Source: Flaccisagitta enflata
Lineage: Eukaryota
Assembly (NCBI GenBank): GCA_965153355.1
Contig: OZ231126.1
Location: 37,386,001-37,450,000 of the forward strand
Direction: 5' to 3'
DNA length: 64,000 bases
A program made the translations under genes and the position numbers. The notes beneath the pieces are model-generated. The model was not told the DNA's origin, ran no database searches, and saw only the letters and a list, made by a program, of their open reading frames with translations. Each line of letters opens with the position of its first letter. The stretch's first letter is position 1. This document shows positions 33,046 through 46,957 of the stretch, one piece after another.

Positions 33046-35056
33046 GTTTCTCGATTGATAACCACATGCAAATTGAATTTTACCGGGGATAAGACCAAGT
33101 CGAAAGAGAGCAAAGAGGAAAATATAGTAATACACTTATTGCAACTACACGCACTTTAAACATAAAACATTGATTTTAGACGTAAATTCAAACGGATTTT
33201 ACTTTTATTTTGGAGTTTATGCCCCTCCTTACGCTTACAAAATCACGCTGGGAATTTATTTTTGCCGCTTCGATGGGAAATCTAAAAAATAAAAAGATAA
33301 AGAAAAGATAGAAAATATAGATAGAGAGAACAATCAAGATCGCCGATAAAGTTATCGAAACAAAACAATAAAGTGGAGAAGCGTGATTTGTATGGTGCCA
33401 ACGTTTGGATTTCGTTTCAAGATTCAAATTCCGTCATTCCGCTCATTGACCATATCGGCTTCTGCATCGCTGCTAAACGCGATTTAGAGTGCCGTGTATA
33501 GTACGCTGGATTATATACTTACGGCCTTGACAAAATTGCTTTGAAGATTTTTAAACGAACCTTGATTTATTGCTGTTGATACACGCTCCATCGACCTGTC
33601 AAAGAAACATGCCGGGAACCAATTTTTCTTCCGTAATTTTTCCTTCGCAACTCTTCAAGTCACTTCGTCCGTCTGTTCGTCTGTCTGACAGATGTACAGA
33701 CAGTGTCTGTACATCACACATATTAAATCGTCTATATATGACGGTCCTTGAGGTCAAATTAAAGGACTATGGTGCTACCTAAATTGTTTTTGTATTTTCC
33801 TTTTTATGGTTCTTTATTTTCTTCGCTTTTATTTCTATCACGCTTCCTTTTGAACTTTTTGTTATCGACGCGCTTTGTCGTTGCGTCTCATGAACCTAGT
33901 ATCTCTTTCATTGTCAATGATATTTCTAAGGTGTATGCTAAGAGAATTTGCATTTGTCGTTCGTACAACTCTCCAAATTTATTTCTGTGGTATTTGACTG
34001 AATATGAAGTGACCTACGATAGGAAGAGGGAGACCTTACGAAATAAACTTTAAATATGACATTAGTTTTGACACTTTTTTCCTCTCTGTTTCTGCTTTTG
34101 TTATTTTTTCGGCCGCCACTGTGATGAACAAGGCCGGATACATGGCTTGTTAGGCTACCTCAGTGGGTGGGCAGGGGCAGTGGTACAAATTACATGAGGC
34201 CTCTGGAGCATTAAGTTCAGGAGGTGTGACCAAGAAGCTCATCGGTGAATGAATGAATGAATAGACATTTATTGTACAAGCGTAACAAAACAAACATGTA
34301 CAAAGGGACGGTATATGGATTGAACAAAAGTAAAATCCCTCCCCCCCCCCCAAAAGAAAAGAAGCTCATCATCGCCGAAAAACGTACCAACAAACGGACA
34401 AACTGACGGACGGACAAACCAATGATAAAGAATCGCGAAGCAGACAACTGCAACTAAAAAATCAAAACCAACGCGATAAGCGTTTGTGTATTTGAATATA
34501 TTGCCTTCGACATGGCCTCTACTCTCTATCTAATTACAGTGATCTACCACAATAAATGACCCGCCAGCAATGAAAATTTGCCTAAATTAGTAATGCTTTA
34601 GTTACACTAACATTTTTAGTTGCGAACACTTAACTCCGTCCATCCATCCGTCTGTTGGTCCATCTGTCGGTCCATCTGTCTGTCCGTAATGCACGAGTTG
34701 AAAAGTGGAAAAACGAGCGTTCTAGATTTTTTGGGCAGCTGTGTTGATGGGGACATATGGTGTGGAAGGGGGTTGGATGCCCCTGCCCAACCGTCCGCAA
34801 CTTTTTTTTTCAGTCACATGTACGCGACTCTGTTACCTGTTATGTTACATGGATGTAGGGGAGCTCCGAAATTTGCCATGTCCACTTAGTATTTCAAGAT
34901 TGAGTTAGGATTAAGACCGGCTTGTCTAAAAACTGAAAACTGTAAAAAAACTAATCTTTTTTATTTTTACATCATTCATGAATGAAAATCTTCCATCTAA
35001 AGGCTTTTTTGTTATATTTCAAGCAAACTGCCAAATTTTCGTCGGTCGGTTAGTTG

Positions 35057-35329
35057 GTCCTCGCACTTCTATAAGAGGTCATGTCCGTCAGTTGGTTGGT
35101 CGGTCTGTCGGTTGGTCGGTTGCTTATGCAAACGTTTAAAACGCTTAAAACGGCCAATTCTGTCGTCTTTCTTCATTACTATCACTTTTCATGCCTCGCC
35201 ACATTCATTTTCATTCATTCATTCATTCACTCATTCATTCATTCATTCATTCATTCATTCATTCAAAACGTTCATTCACAAATTCTTAATCAAGCGAGGC
35301 GCACTTATTGGCCATAACTTGGCCTTGTT
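35057..35329 (+). mobile_element. HINE-like element, family B
   Basis: Homologous to 38248-38560, with (ATTC)n core and GCGAGGCGCACTTATTGGCC..TGGCCTTGTT end. Confidence 0.82.
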
Positions 35330-36102
35330 AATTCAATACACACTTGGTTTTTAGGGCCGACTGTTACCACGTCCCTGGACGTGGTGGACATGGCGTCCCC
35401 TACATCCATAGCTATGTATGCCACTCCTTTGGTCCGTTGGTTGGTCCGACTAACCCTCATGCCTTGTATCCGGCCTTGTTTTGGTGTTAACGGGATTTTG
35501 CATAACTGCTTCTGACTAAGTGCTTGGATTATCGTTTTCATCCCTACCCTTGCTCACCTGCTGGCAACTTGGCACTATGTTCCCAGAGGGCGTCACCTCA
35601 AGACAAAAAAAATTAAGCTGGCACTTTTGACCTAAATAAACGGCTGAAACTGGTACAGTTGCCTACCTTGAGCAAGAAAACATATGGTTTTACCTGCGTG
35701 CTTTTGCAAATCCAAAGCCTCTTTTTGCCCCTTAAAGTTAACTACTTCTCGCAAATTAAAATGCGGCAAAAATTGTTTTTTCCATTTCATATGATACTAT
35801 TCTAGACATGAAAAATGGTACTTATGATATGAGGGAGGATGCCAAATCTTTAGCAAAGGTTCAGGATTGATTGAATATGCCATGTGTAAAATTTGGTAAG
35901 CCTGCTCCTAAATTTGTAGGACTTATTAAAAAAAACTCCCAAAATTCCAATCTCAGATGAAAAAAATCTTGTCCATTCAGAGCCTCCAAAATGTTGAACC
36001 TACTGAGTTCAAGCGCGAAAAAATGTCCCTAGATGAATTTTTAGATATTTTTGACATTCTTTAATATCTTTTGACATTTTCAAATATTTTATGTTTTTCA
36101 AC

Positions 36103-36350
36103 TTTTTTTAGTCGCGTGCTACGCGACTCTATAAGCCTCTTTTCTGTCCGTCGGTCGGTCGGTCCGTCCGTCACTAAGTCGTTTTAAAGGCTTTTTATTG
36201 CGTTTTTCATGTCTCTGAATAGTGGAGAAGAAGATTGGAGTAGTAAGTAGCTGTTTGAAATGTCTTTTTGAAAAAAAATGTTTGTCTGTCTGTCCGCCTG
36301 ACTGTTCTTGAAAGTGCCGACGCACGCGACTTAGGTCTAATGACCTTGTT
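36103..36350 (+). mobile_element. HINE-like element, family A
   Basis: TTTTTAGTCGCGTGCTACGCGACTCTATAAG ... GCACGCGACT ... CCTTGTT. Confidence 0.78.
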
Positions 36351-36547
36351 CTACCATAGCTGTCACATCTAAGAACATTTTTCTACCATAGCTGTCATCT
36401 CTAGGCACCGGCTTATATTTTTGTCCTGTTATGGTACACTTTCCGATCTAAGTGCATGGGAAGCCATGAATCCGGCATTGATTTTTTTTTATTTCTGTAC
36501 TACCTTAGGCTTAGCCCACATGTAAGCTACATGAACTCTGAATAATC

Positions 36548-37205
36548 AATAGTCGCAAAAGCGTTAGATCGTCAATAGTACCTGTTGCCCCTATGTGAGT
36601 GTATGTGGGTGTGAGGTATTAGAGGGGCAGTGCCTGAAGGAAGGGATGACCATGCTGCTTATTTGAGCTTCAAGGCAGAATTAGGCCCGAGGCTGGAATC
36701 AGCCTGGGAGGTTTGATTGAGCCCTCAAGGCTGACTGAGCAAGGCTGGGATTTAATCTCAAGGCTGGGATTTGAGCCTCAAGGCTGGAATTTGAGCCTCA
36801 AGGCTGGGATTTGAGCCTCAAGGCTGGGTTTTAAGGCATGAGGCAGAGATTTAAGCCTCAAGACTGGGATTTGAGCCTCGAGGCTGGGTTTTAAGGCATG
36901 AGGCAGAGATTTAAGCCTCAAGACTGGGAGTGAGCCTCGAGGCTGGGATTTGAGCTTCGAGGCTGGGATTTGTGCCTGGAGGCTGGGACTTGAGCCTCGA
37001 GGCTGGATTTGAGGTTTGAGGCTGAGGGTTAGGATTTTAGTTTGAGGCTGGGATTTGAGCCTTGAGGCTGGGATTTGAGCTTCGAGGCTGGGATTTGAGC
37101 CTTGAGGCTAGGATTTGGGCCTCGAGAGTCGAGACTAGGATTTGGGCCTCAAGGGGGGGGGGGACGGAGAAGAAGGAGGAGAAATTTCCCCTATGTGTGA
37201 AAGCA
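36548..37205 (-). mobile_element. Family D-like element with 21-bp tandem array; 5' part interrupted by the 37208 element
   Basis: Same GGCTGGGATTTGAGCCTCAA 21-mers as 20940-21340. Confidence 0.6.
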
Positions 37206-37207
37206 TC

Positions 37208-37404
37208 TTTTTTTAGTCGCAAGCTACGCGACTCTACACCCTGCTTTGTCGGTCCGTCCGTTGGTCCATTGGTCCATTAACACTTTACTTTTTTGGGGGT
37301 TTTGCGGTCTTTGGCCTCCTTGCTACTGCCCAAATGATCAAGTGACCTCAAAAACAGCCCCTGCCCACCCGCACGCGACTGGGGTAGCCGTGGATCCGGC
37401 CTTG
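37208..37404 (+). mobile_element. HINE-like element, family A
   Basis: Closely similar to the reverse complement of 7415-7609. Confidence 0.85.
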
Positions 37405-37747
37405 TTGTCATTTGATTGATTTGGTGTTATAAGAAATGATTTAGACTAAATCCATGTTGAAATCCTCTTTAAATCCATTTGTATCGGATTTCACTGTATT
37501 CCCCCTGGAAATGATTGCTTTTCCCCCTTCTCAAACATCTGTTGAATATCATTTACCTTCGGCCTCCGCTTTTTGCACTTTCTTGTTTTCTTTCTTCTGT
37601 TTTTTTTTAAACCCGCGGAGTCAAAATATTTTGTATGTAAGGATTTTTTTTGTATAAAAAGAAGTATAAAACATAATGTCATATTCTTTTTTCATCTCAC
37701 TTACTTGTCCTTTCGATGAAAAGGATGACATATTTCTCTCCATCAAT

Positions 37748-38123
37748 CTTTTAGATGAGTCCTCGCGTCCCTACAAGAGGATCTGTCCGTCCGTCCGTCT
37801 GTCCATCCGTCGTTCCGTCTTTCCATCACTATGTCGGTTCGTCGGTCCATCCGCATGTTTTTATGTTACTCCCACCGAAACAAGCTAAATATCATATTTT
37901 CAGCTGTTGTTGGCCACGGCGAGATGTGATACTGAAACGAACGATCCATGAACGTGTTTTGAGAGGCCCATTGCATTTAATACTGTTCTGTCAGAAATTC
38001 GGGCAGTCTGTGACTGTCTGCCTGTTCATCCGTCCGTCTCTCAAAGTATCCCACACATTCAGCGGGATAATCGCTTCACGTAGTGACACAGTCCGGAAGC
38101 ATCGTTGCCCGATCGGTCTTGTT
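37748..38123 (+). mobile_element. HINE-like element, family E (degenerate)
   Basis: TTTTAGATGAGTCCTCGCGTCCCTACAAGAGG, (GTCC)n, and 3' GGAAGCATC...GCCCGATCGGTCTTGTT. Confidence 0.6.
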
Positions 38124-38247
38124 ATGAGCGTCTCCGCTACTCTAGAGCGGGCCAATATGTACAACACGCATTTCTGATGCGGCATATCTCTGGATGTGTC
38201 TAATTCACTCAGGTGAGTGATGACGCTCGGCTGGTCGCCCTTCAGCC

Positions 38248-38560
38248 TTTTTAAGTGCGTCCTCGCACTTCTATAAGAGGTCATGTCCGTCGGTCGGTTA
38301 GTTGGTCGGTTGGTTGGTCGGTTGGTCGGTCGGTCACGCAAACGTTTGAAATGCGCAAAACGGCTGATTCTGATGTATTTCTTCATTTCTTTCACCTTTC
38401 ATGCCTCGCCACATTCATTTTCATTCATTCATTCATTCATTCATTCATTCATTCATTCATTCATTCATTCATTCATCAAAAACGTTCATTCATCAAAAAC
38501 GTTCATTCACAAAATCTTAATCAAGCGAGGCGCACTTATTGGCCTTCACTTGGCCTTGTT
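38248..38560 (+). mobile_element. HINE-like element, family B, full length
   Basis: 5' AAGTGCG-TCCT-CGCACTT hairpin, GGTC/GGTT microsatellite, 3' GCGAGGCGCACTT, GGCC hairpin and TTGTT. Confidence 0.85.
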
Positions 38561-38736
38561 CCTAATCTGATTCACTTCCACCTTTTAAGAGGGGGAGAAA
38601 AACGACACGAACAACCTTGTTTTGAAATTTCTTCCTTTCTATTCATGCAGTGATAAAGATAAACACCAAAGAGAATGTAATCTGCTTATAAAAAGATAAT
38701 CGCCTACTTGTAAAAACTTTCATCTCCTCTCTCTTT

Positions 38737-38920
<184 letters not shown>

Positions 38921-39229
38921 ACGCCCCGTGTTAAAAAAGGAGCGAGAAAGAGATTTAAGGAGGTTTTGTTACTTTCTAATTAATGGGTTGTCATCTTTTT
39001 TCTGTCTGTCTCTATCCATTTTCCTGCGTCTCTAACTCTATCCCAGTCTTTTCATTCTCTATCTCTGTCTCTATCTTTTCAACTCTGCCTAATATAATAG
39101 TGCCCTCGAAAAACTTTGGGATCAAGATTAGAAATTAAAGAAAACCGCGCGAAACAGCATCGTTAATTTCTCATTCTTCATATTCTTTTCCGTCTCCTCC
39201 TCAGCCTTCTCCATCTCCTCCTTTTTCTG

Positions 39230-39635
39230 TCTTCTTTTTCTTTTTCTTTTTCTTTTTCTTTTTCTTTTTCTTTTTCTTTTTCTTTTTCTTTTTCTTCTTC
39301 TTCTTCTTCTTCTTCTTCTTCCCCTTCTTCTTCTTCTTCTTCTTCTTCTTCTTCTTCTTCTTCTTCTTCTTCTTCTTCTTCTTCTTCTTCTTCTTCTTCT
39401 TCTTCTCTTCTTCTTCCTCTTCTTCCTCTTTTTTTTTCTTTTTCTTCCTCTTTTCTTTTTCTGTTTCTTTTTCTTTTCTTCTTCTTTTCCTTCTTTTTTT
39501 CTTTTTCCTTTTCCTTTTCCTTTTCTTTTTCTTCTCCTTCTTATTCATTTTCTCGCCCTTTCCTTCTTTAATCTTTTCCTTTTTCTTCCTTTTCTTCCTG
39601 CTCCTCCTTCTCTTCTCTCTCCTCCTCCTCCTCCC
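39230..39635. repeat. Polypyrimidine low-complexity tract, (TTTTTC)n/(TTC)n
   Basis: Direct reading. Confidence 0.95.
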
Positions 39636-40084
39636 CCGCCAACACCACCGCCGGCTCCGTCATCAACATCAAGCCGGTCGTGGCCGTCATCTCGACGACA
39701 GCTACGACGGCGAAGCTTTTGATGGCACCGCGGGGAGTGAGGATGTCCAACTTGTCCTCTAATCATTCCACAATAACCATATTGTCCTAGGTTGTCCTTA
39801 AGGTGAACCGGGCAAGAAGGAAATGCCTGGCCCTGGAATCGCCGTCTCAGTTAATGCGGGACATCCTTGAGAAATCTTCGAATCTAGAGGGATAAAAAAA
39901 GGAAACATCAACAACGAAGACCACGACGACACCGGCAAAATTCAAGACCCGTGAAAACTACCTTGAGGAATAAAACATTAGCAAAAACAACATTACTAAC
40001 AGTGAAAACAGAGAAAAAAACGAAAAAAAATCTAAGACAGCTGTTTAAAGAACAAAAACAACAAAAACAATAAAGATAACAACA

Positions 40085-40120
40085 GTGAAATTAAGATCAA
40101 TTTGATAAAGAATTGAAATC

Positions 40121-40211
<91 letters not shown>

Positions 40212-40270
40212 TCAACAACTTCAACAGTGAAATCATAATCAAATTGATAAAGAATTAAGCACATCCTTTT

Positions 40271-40368
<98 letters not shown>
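40085..40368. repeat. Two (CAA)n tracts within a short tandem duplication
   Basis: AACAGTGAAAT..ATCAA.TTGATAAAGAATT precedes both tracts. Confidence 0.85.
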
Positions 40369-43299
40369 CCATATCGTACATCCTAGAAGAGCGGCATTTC
40401 TTGTTCGCCACCGCCGCCTTGTCGTTTTAAAATCTCGTAAATTTATGAAAATTTCAACTCAAAATTCAATTCAAATTTTAAAACGCTTTTCAATTTTCGC
40501 GGAGCAATTTGTCATTTCGACAACTAAATCGAGAAGCGTCGAGTAACATTTATACGATCTTTCGAAGCGTTTGTGCGTAAAAAATATTTTATCAGCCGTA
40601 TTTACAACCTATTTGCATAAACGTGCATGTACATATATTTTTGGTGTCGCTTTTTAGGTGGGGGTAATCGAGGAAGCCAATCGACTATCTTAATGTGTAT
40701 AAATCCCTTCGTTTCTCTCACTTCTCTGCTTCCTTTTTGTTGTGAAAAAAAAACGAGAAAGAAGAAGAAGAATAATTGATATCACCGGACAAACTCTTTC
40801 AATTTCTCCGCTGGAAAGCTATTCGAGTTGTTTTTTGGACTACAGAACGAAGGGAGATATTAAGTGATGTACAGAGATATAAAATTTGAAAAAAAAAAAT
40901 GAAACAGAGCTCGGCGCGATAACGCGGTGATGTTCGAGTTGAAATTAATGAGCTCTTCATTTGCGCCGAACAAAGGAGTCTTACTATCTGACATCGTTTA
41001 AAAAAAAAGAAGATTAATCTTTAAAATGTATCAAAATGAATAATTAAATCAAAAAGCGAACAAACATGGATTAAATTTTGGCGCGAATCCATTTTGAGAT
41101 TTTTTTTCCTCTCAACACTATCTTATCTGGAATTATACCTCAAGAAAGAAAAAGACACGGATTAGTTTCGCCGGAAACTCCTATGCATTAAAAGGTAAGT
41201 GGCAGATTTAGCTGAAAAACTTTGTGATCGGTTTCGTTACTTAGAACTACATTGGGACATTGATTCCTTTTCAATTTATGAATCAACTATTTCCAATCAT
41301 CCTTAGTGACTTAGCAAAACAGTATCATTGCATCGTCTACAGAAACAAATAGATAAGAAACTTTTGCTCGAGCATATCATATGAATCCCTATTGTCGGTT
41401 ATGTTTCTATTGGGACCAAGCTCAGAAAAACAGGTCTGTCCGTTGGTCCGCATGTCAATGACGCAACGTCGCGCCAAATTCGAGTTCGTCCCTCTTCAGA
41501 CTTCAGATCTCCCACACCCACGAAGGGCCGCAAAAGTAATCGGGTGGCAAAATGCAAACTGGTTTATCAAATTACGTTTATCGCATTTCCATTGACCGAC
41601 AAACGCGCTAATTGATCAAACAGTAACGCCGCCTCGACTCCCGGTCTTCGCTGTCAATATTCCAGTCCCAGCCACTTTGTTACTGTTTAGTTTATGCCCG
41701 TCCTTATTGTTGTCATCGTTACTCAAACTTTTTTGTCACTGTCTGCAAACTTGTTGATGTCATCGTAACTCTAACTATTTTGTCACTGTCGAGTCAGTTA
41801 CTGCAAACTTGTTGACATCATCGTTGGCAGGGAGTTTCAATCTGGTATTTCTATCTTTTTTCGTTAAGAAATGACATTAATATGAATGAAAACTGTGAGT
41901 TTTCATTTTCACAATCCCTATGTAAAAAGTGCATTTCAGCAAAATAGAGCTTCTCTTTGGAAGGCTCTAGCTCCTAAACCGTTTGAGTTACAGACCTGGG
42001 ATTGGTCTAGATTGAAAGATTTTCTTTAAATCTTTGGAAATATTTCTTTTAAAAAAAGTTGTATTCATTTTTTGTATCTGTTTTATCGATGAAAAAAAAG
42101 GGGCATCTTCTTTTTTTTTTTGGATACGCGTGGTCTGACAAGTAGAACAATATCCCTCACTATTCCCAAATTGAAAAAAAAATCCTGTAGATGATGGGTA
42201 TCTTGAAGCCTTGGATGTCTGATTAAAGGTCTGAACAGGTGGATTTGAGTCCTGGAAAATTTAATTTGAAGTCTATGAAGGCATATTTTATGCATGAAAG
42301 TGTGAAAGCCCTCCAAGCCTTAATTCAGCCCTTTCAGACCAAATCTGTCCTTTCAGGCATCAAATCTGCACTCACAGACTGCAAATTAAACCTTCCATGC
42401 CTCAAACCCACCTGTTCAGACCTATCATCGGACATCCAAGGCTTCAGATTCTAATGTTCTACAGGATTTTTTGGTAGATGCCCAAAGAGAGGCAAAGTCC
42501 TGACATTTGGAACTTCTGATTTCACCGTCTTTCTCTGGTCTTATTTTCTATCCAAAACATTCTCTGTTATGGATAAAAAGAAAGACATTATCTTAAACAT
42601 TAACAAGTGATGTAAGATAGGAGAAGGAAGTTGTTATCTTTCATGGGAATCCATATGAAATTCTTTTCACTCTTAACTTGATAGAAATAAATATAAAACA
42701 AATTTTAAACTTCATGGAATATGCCTTTTTTAGCCTTTCCCAGCGGCACGAGTTATTATTCAGGAGATGTTTGCTTTAAGGATTTTAGGCCTTTGAAGTT
42801 GAATTGGGAGGGCCCAAAAAAAGATGAAATGGAGGGGTTCTAATTCTGAGAGGCCTGATATGTGGCTTGAGAGGGCTGATTTGAGGCATGCCAGGGCTGA
42901 TTGGGGGGCTGAGGGGGTCATTTTGAGACTTGAGAGTTCAGACCTAAGAGGGGAGGATGAGTGGATAGACAGAGGGCTGATATGAGGCTTAGGACTAATT
43001 TGAAGCCTGCAAGGGCTAATTTGAGGTTTGAGGGAGTTGTTTTGAGGATTTAAAGGGCCTTTCAAAACCTGGAAGCACTGATTTGAGGACTGAGAGGGAT
43101 GATTTTGGGTTTGAGATATGGGAATTCCAACTGTGTTCTACAGGTGAGTAAACATTTTGGCAGTGGCAGTGATGCAAAAAATGCCTGTAAACTTCAAAAA
43201 AGCTAAGTGTTACAAACTGACGGACCAACTGAATGACCAACCAACCCACTGACTGATGGATCAACCAATAGACAAAGCGAGCAGAAGAGTTGGGAAAAT

Positions 43300-44865
43300 C
43301 CTCCAAGATTCCCATGACATTACCTATGTTTGACAAGTCATAACTCAAGCATTTTTTATCGGATTTACAAAAAATTGGTGACGGTTAGAAAGATCTTAAA
43401 AAAATCTTTAAAATGAGACCAATCTGGCATTTCTAGCTTAATTCGTTCAAAAGTTATGAGCAAAACAAGTAGAATTATGACAAGAAATCAATGACCAGGA
43501 AGATAGTCAATATTCCTCATAACATACCCTATGTTTGAGTGCTTATATCTCAGGCATTTTTCAACGGATTAACAAAAAATTGGTGACGGTTGGAAAGATC
43601 TTGAGCAGATCTTTAAAATGGGACCAATCTGGCATTTCTAGCTCTTTTTGTTCAAAAGATATGAGCAAAACAAGAAAAAAATGGGAAAATTCAATGACCT
43701 GTACCTCAGGATGGTAAAAAAGTGTTTTTTCTCAAAATCCGGCCCTAGGATGATTTAAAAGCTGGTAGATTCCATTTCTTGCACCTACAGGCTGTACAAA
43801 ACAATAATAAAACCAGCAGTTTTGTTAAAATCATCCCCAAGGTAGTAGAAATGACATGTGACTCAGTTACACTTCTTTGAGGCTACAGTCTAGGATATCT
43901 TACAGTTTAGAGGACAAAATTTCATTATTTTTGATTAATTTTTGACATAGCGTAATATGGGTCATTTTTAGGCTGTTTTTGGCCATTTTGGGTCCCTTGC
44001 AAGCCCTCAATTGTAGCCACTAGCCATTTTTTGGCCAAACCCATGTCTATACATTATAAAGGAGTGATTTGGATCAATATTTGGGATTTTTCATGAAAAA
44101 TAAACCAAAGTTTTGAATTTTGAAGCATTTTGGTCATTTTTGGCCAATTTTGGCCAATATAGGCCTGTTTTTAGGCTGATTCGATTCTCAGCGCCATATT
44201 TTTTTGCTATTTCTACTCTGTTAGACTTCACTGAGACTACACTCTTGGATATTTTAAGGTTTAGAAGAAAAAATTTCATTATTTTTCATCAATTTTTGCC
44301 ATGGCGTAATATGGGTCATTTTAAGGCCTTTTTTGGTCATTTTGGGTCCCTTGCAAGCCCCCAATTGTAGCCACTGGCCATTTTTTCGCCAAACCCATAA
44401 CTATACATTATAACTGAGTGGACTGGATCAATGATTTGGATTTCTCATGAAAAATAACCCGAATTTTTGAATTTTGAAGCATTTTGGTTGTTTTGGGCCA
44501 ATTTTGGCTATTTAAGGCCTGTTTTTAAGCTGATACAACGCTCAGGGCCATATTTTTTTGCTGTTTCAACTCTGTTACACTTCACTGAGGCTATATCCTT
44601 GGATATTTTAAGGTTTGGAAGAAAAAATTTCATTATTTTTCATTATTTTTTGATATAGTGAAGATGGGTCATTTAAAGGCCTTTATTAAGCCGTTTTGAG
44701 GTCCTTGCACATCCCCAATTGCAGCCACTTGCCGTTTTTTTGCCAAACTCATGTCTATACATTATAACTGAGTGAACTGGATCAATGATTGGGATTTTTT
44801 GTGAAAAATGAACAAAATTATTGAATTTTGAAGGATTTTGGTCATTTTGGGCCATTTTTGGCCAT
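43300..44865. repeat. Diverged tandem repeats: ~205-bp x2 followed by ~365-bp x~2.7, probably the interior of an old transposon
   Basis: CAAAAAATTGGTGACGGTT.GAAAGATCTT at about 43368 and 43573. TTTGAATTTTGAAG.ATTTTGGT at about 44112, 44466 and 44821. Confidence 0.8.
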
Positions 44866-45955
44866 TTTCGCCACCTATATGGCGACCGAGTTACTCGTGG
44901 GGGCTCTTGGGAAGCCATCTATGGTGCCCAGGGGCTTCACCTAACTATACCACAACTACAAAATTTCGGCCAGCCCACTCGGAGACCATAGCCCTGATTT
45001 GAAACACCCCAACGGGGAGTTTTTGCATTACGGCTGCTGCCTGAATGCTTCGTTAGCCTTTTCTTTTTCACTGTCCTTAGCCACCCACACACAACTTGGG
45101 TAGCTGGTATCGGGCCTTGCTTTTGCTCATTTGGTTAAATATAATCTGGTGTAAAATGACAGTGAGGCAGCAAAGCCGTAGACCTGGTAATTGCGTTCGC
45201 TTGGGAAGGGATAAATGTAGAACCTTTTTGATCAAAGGGCAGGGGCACAAAAACTCAACTAGCGCTAAAAAGCAAATTGCAATTGTTACCTACCGATAAA
45301 CGGACAAAGCAACCCTGATATTTCTGTTGGTTTGTTCACCAGAGATGATCACTATTTTTACTCGAAACATGATCGTATCAAACTCTGACTTTAAATTTTA
45401 ATTAGAAGCCAAAGGATGTCTCGTCTGGCTCAAACGTGTTGTCAGCTGACAAAAATGTCAGAATGACTCATAAAAAATCCAGATTTAGACGGTCGGATTG
45501 GCCGACTGGTTGAAAGGGGAAGTTTACAAAAATCGAATGCTAACGACCTAAAAAAAAAGGATTATAACACATGTCTTGACTATTTGTTTGATGTTTTGTT
45601 GAGAAGCAAACGGATAGAATTGAATGGGTGGTGAAGCTCAAAGAATCATAAGTATGTAGATAACGCCTGTCTTTTTCTTTTTCTTTTTAACAGAAAACCT
45701 TTTCACTGAGTTTCGAGTGAACCTTTTTTTCTCTCTCTCTTCCTCATTCTCTCTGTTTTCGCTTTCGTGGCGATGATGACAGACAGAGATAATGAGACTG
45801 ATGATATATCGACGCGCTGATGTCCTGACATTGACGACTGTGTTCGGAAGATCGTCTTTATGGCCCGTTCCCCCTTTGATCTATGAAGGTTTTAGGAGGT
45901 TGAAATCTGACAGCGCTAACCAGACCAAACTTTACGACCCTTTTTACCTTCAAAC

Positions 45956-46341
45956 TTTTTAGTTGCGGACACGCAACTCTATAAGAGGCTTTTTCCGTCC
46001 GTCCGTCCGTCCGTCCGTCCGTCCGTCCGTCCGTCCGTCCGTCCGTCCGTCCGTCCGTCCGTCCGTAATGATCGAGTCGAAAAGTGGGAAAACGCGCATT
46101 TCCGCCCCTGCCCACCCATCCGCAACTGGTGGCCATGTCCGGCCTTGTTAATACCCTCACGGCCATACATTTTTTAGTCGCGGACAAGCGACTCTATAAG
46201 AGGCTTTGTCCGTCCGTCCGTCCGTCCGTTGGTCGGTCGGTCGGTTGGTCCGTCACGCTCGAGTCGAAAAGTGGGAAAACACGCATTTCCGCCCCTGCCC
46301 ACCCATCCGCGACTGGTATTGGCCGTGTATCCGGCCTTGTT
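45956..46341 (+). mobile_element. Two adjacent same-orientation HINE-like elements (45956-46149 and 46170-46341)
   Basis: Each has a T-run, AGT(T/C)GCGGAC hairpin, CTATAAGAGG, (GTCC)n, CCGC(A/G)ACT and GGCC..CCGGCCTTGTT. Confidence 0.85.
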
Positions 46342-46764
46342 CTTCTATCTTTTGCGGATGAGAAAATTGATCTTTTTTTTTTGTTGATATATATCGATCC
46401 CAAATACATACTGGGTGTTATTAGACCATTCTGCTTTGCTAATGTTTTTCATCTCTGTATTACAAATATTTTGGTTGACTGTTTTCGGCATTCTAGGGCT
46501 GTTTCTAAAGTACTGATCCGTCCATTTTTTATGAGTTGTATCAATAATTTTCTTGTCTTTACTTGACATGACTCATTTTGACATGTTTGATATTTGTATT
46601 GTACATTTGGAAAGGAATGGCTTTCTGCAATTCTTTACATACAACGCTTTCTGTAACAGCAAAAGTGAGCAACGGGGTAAATAAACAGGCAAATTCTTTC
46701 GACTCCCAGGCCATTTGAAGCTGTGTGCATTGTCAGTCGCGGCTTGGGTGAATTCCGGGATGCA

Positions 46765-46957
46765 GTTTTAGTCGCGTGCACGCGACTCTACAACCCGCTT
46801 TGTCCGTCGGTCGGTCGGTCGGTCGGTCACGTTTTACTTTTTTTTTATGATTTTATTATTTTGACCTCACTGCTCCCGCCTGAATGGTCTAGTGACCTCA
46901 AATATGGCCCCTGCCCACCCGCACGCGACTTCGGTAGCCGTGTATCCGGCCTTGTTT
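46765..46957 (+). mobile_element. HINE-like element, family A, full length
   Basis: TTTTAGTCGCGTGCACGCGACTCTAC ... (GTCG)n ... GCACGCGACT ... GCCGTGTATCCGGCCTTGTTT. Confidence 0.88.

Noticed and set aside
33691-33715. Perfect 12-bp-stem palindrome GATGTACAGACA-G-TGTCTGTACATC
   Set aside because: Isolated and adjacent to degenerate GTCY repeat remains, with no evidence of function.
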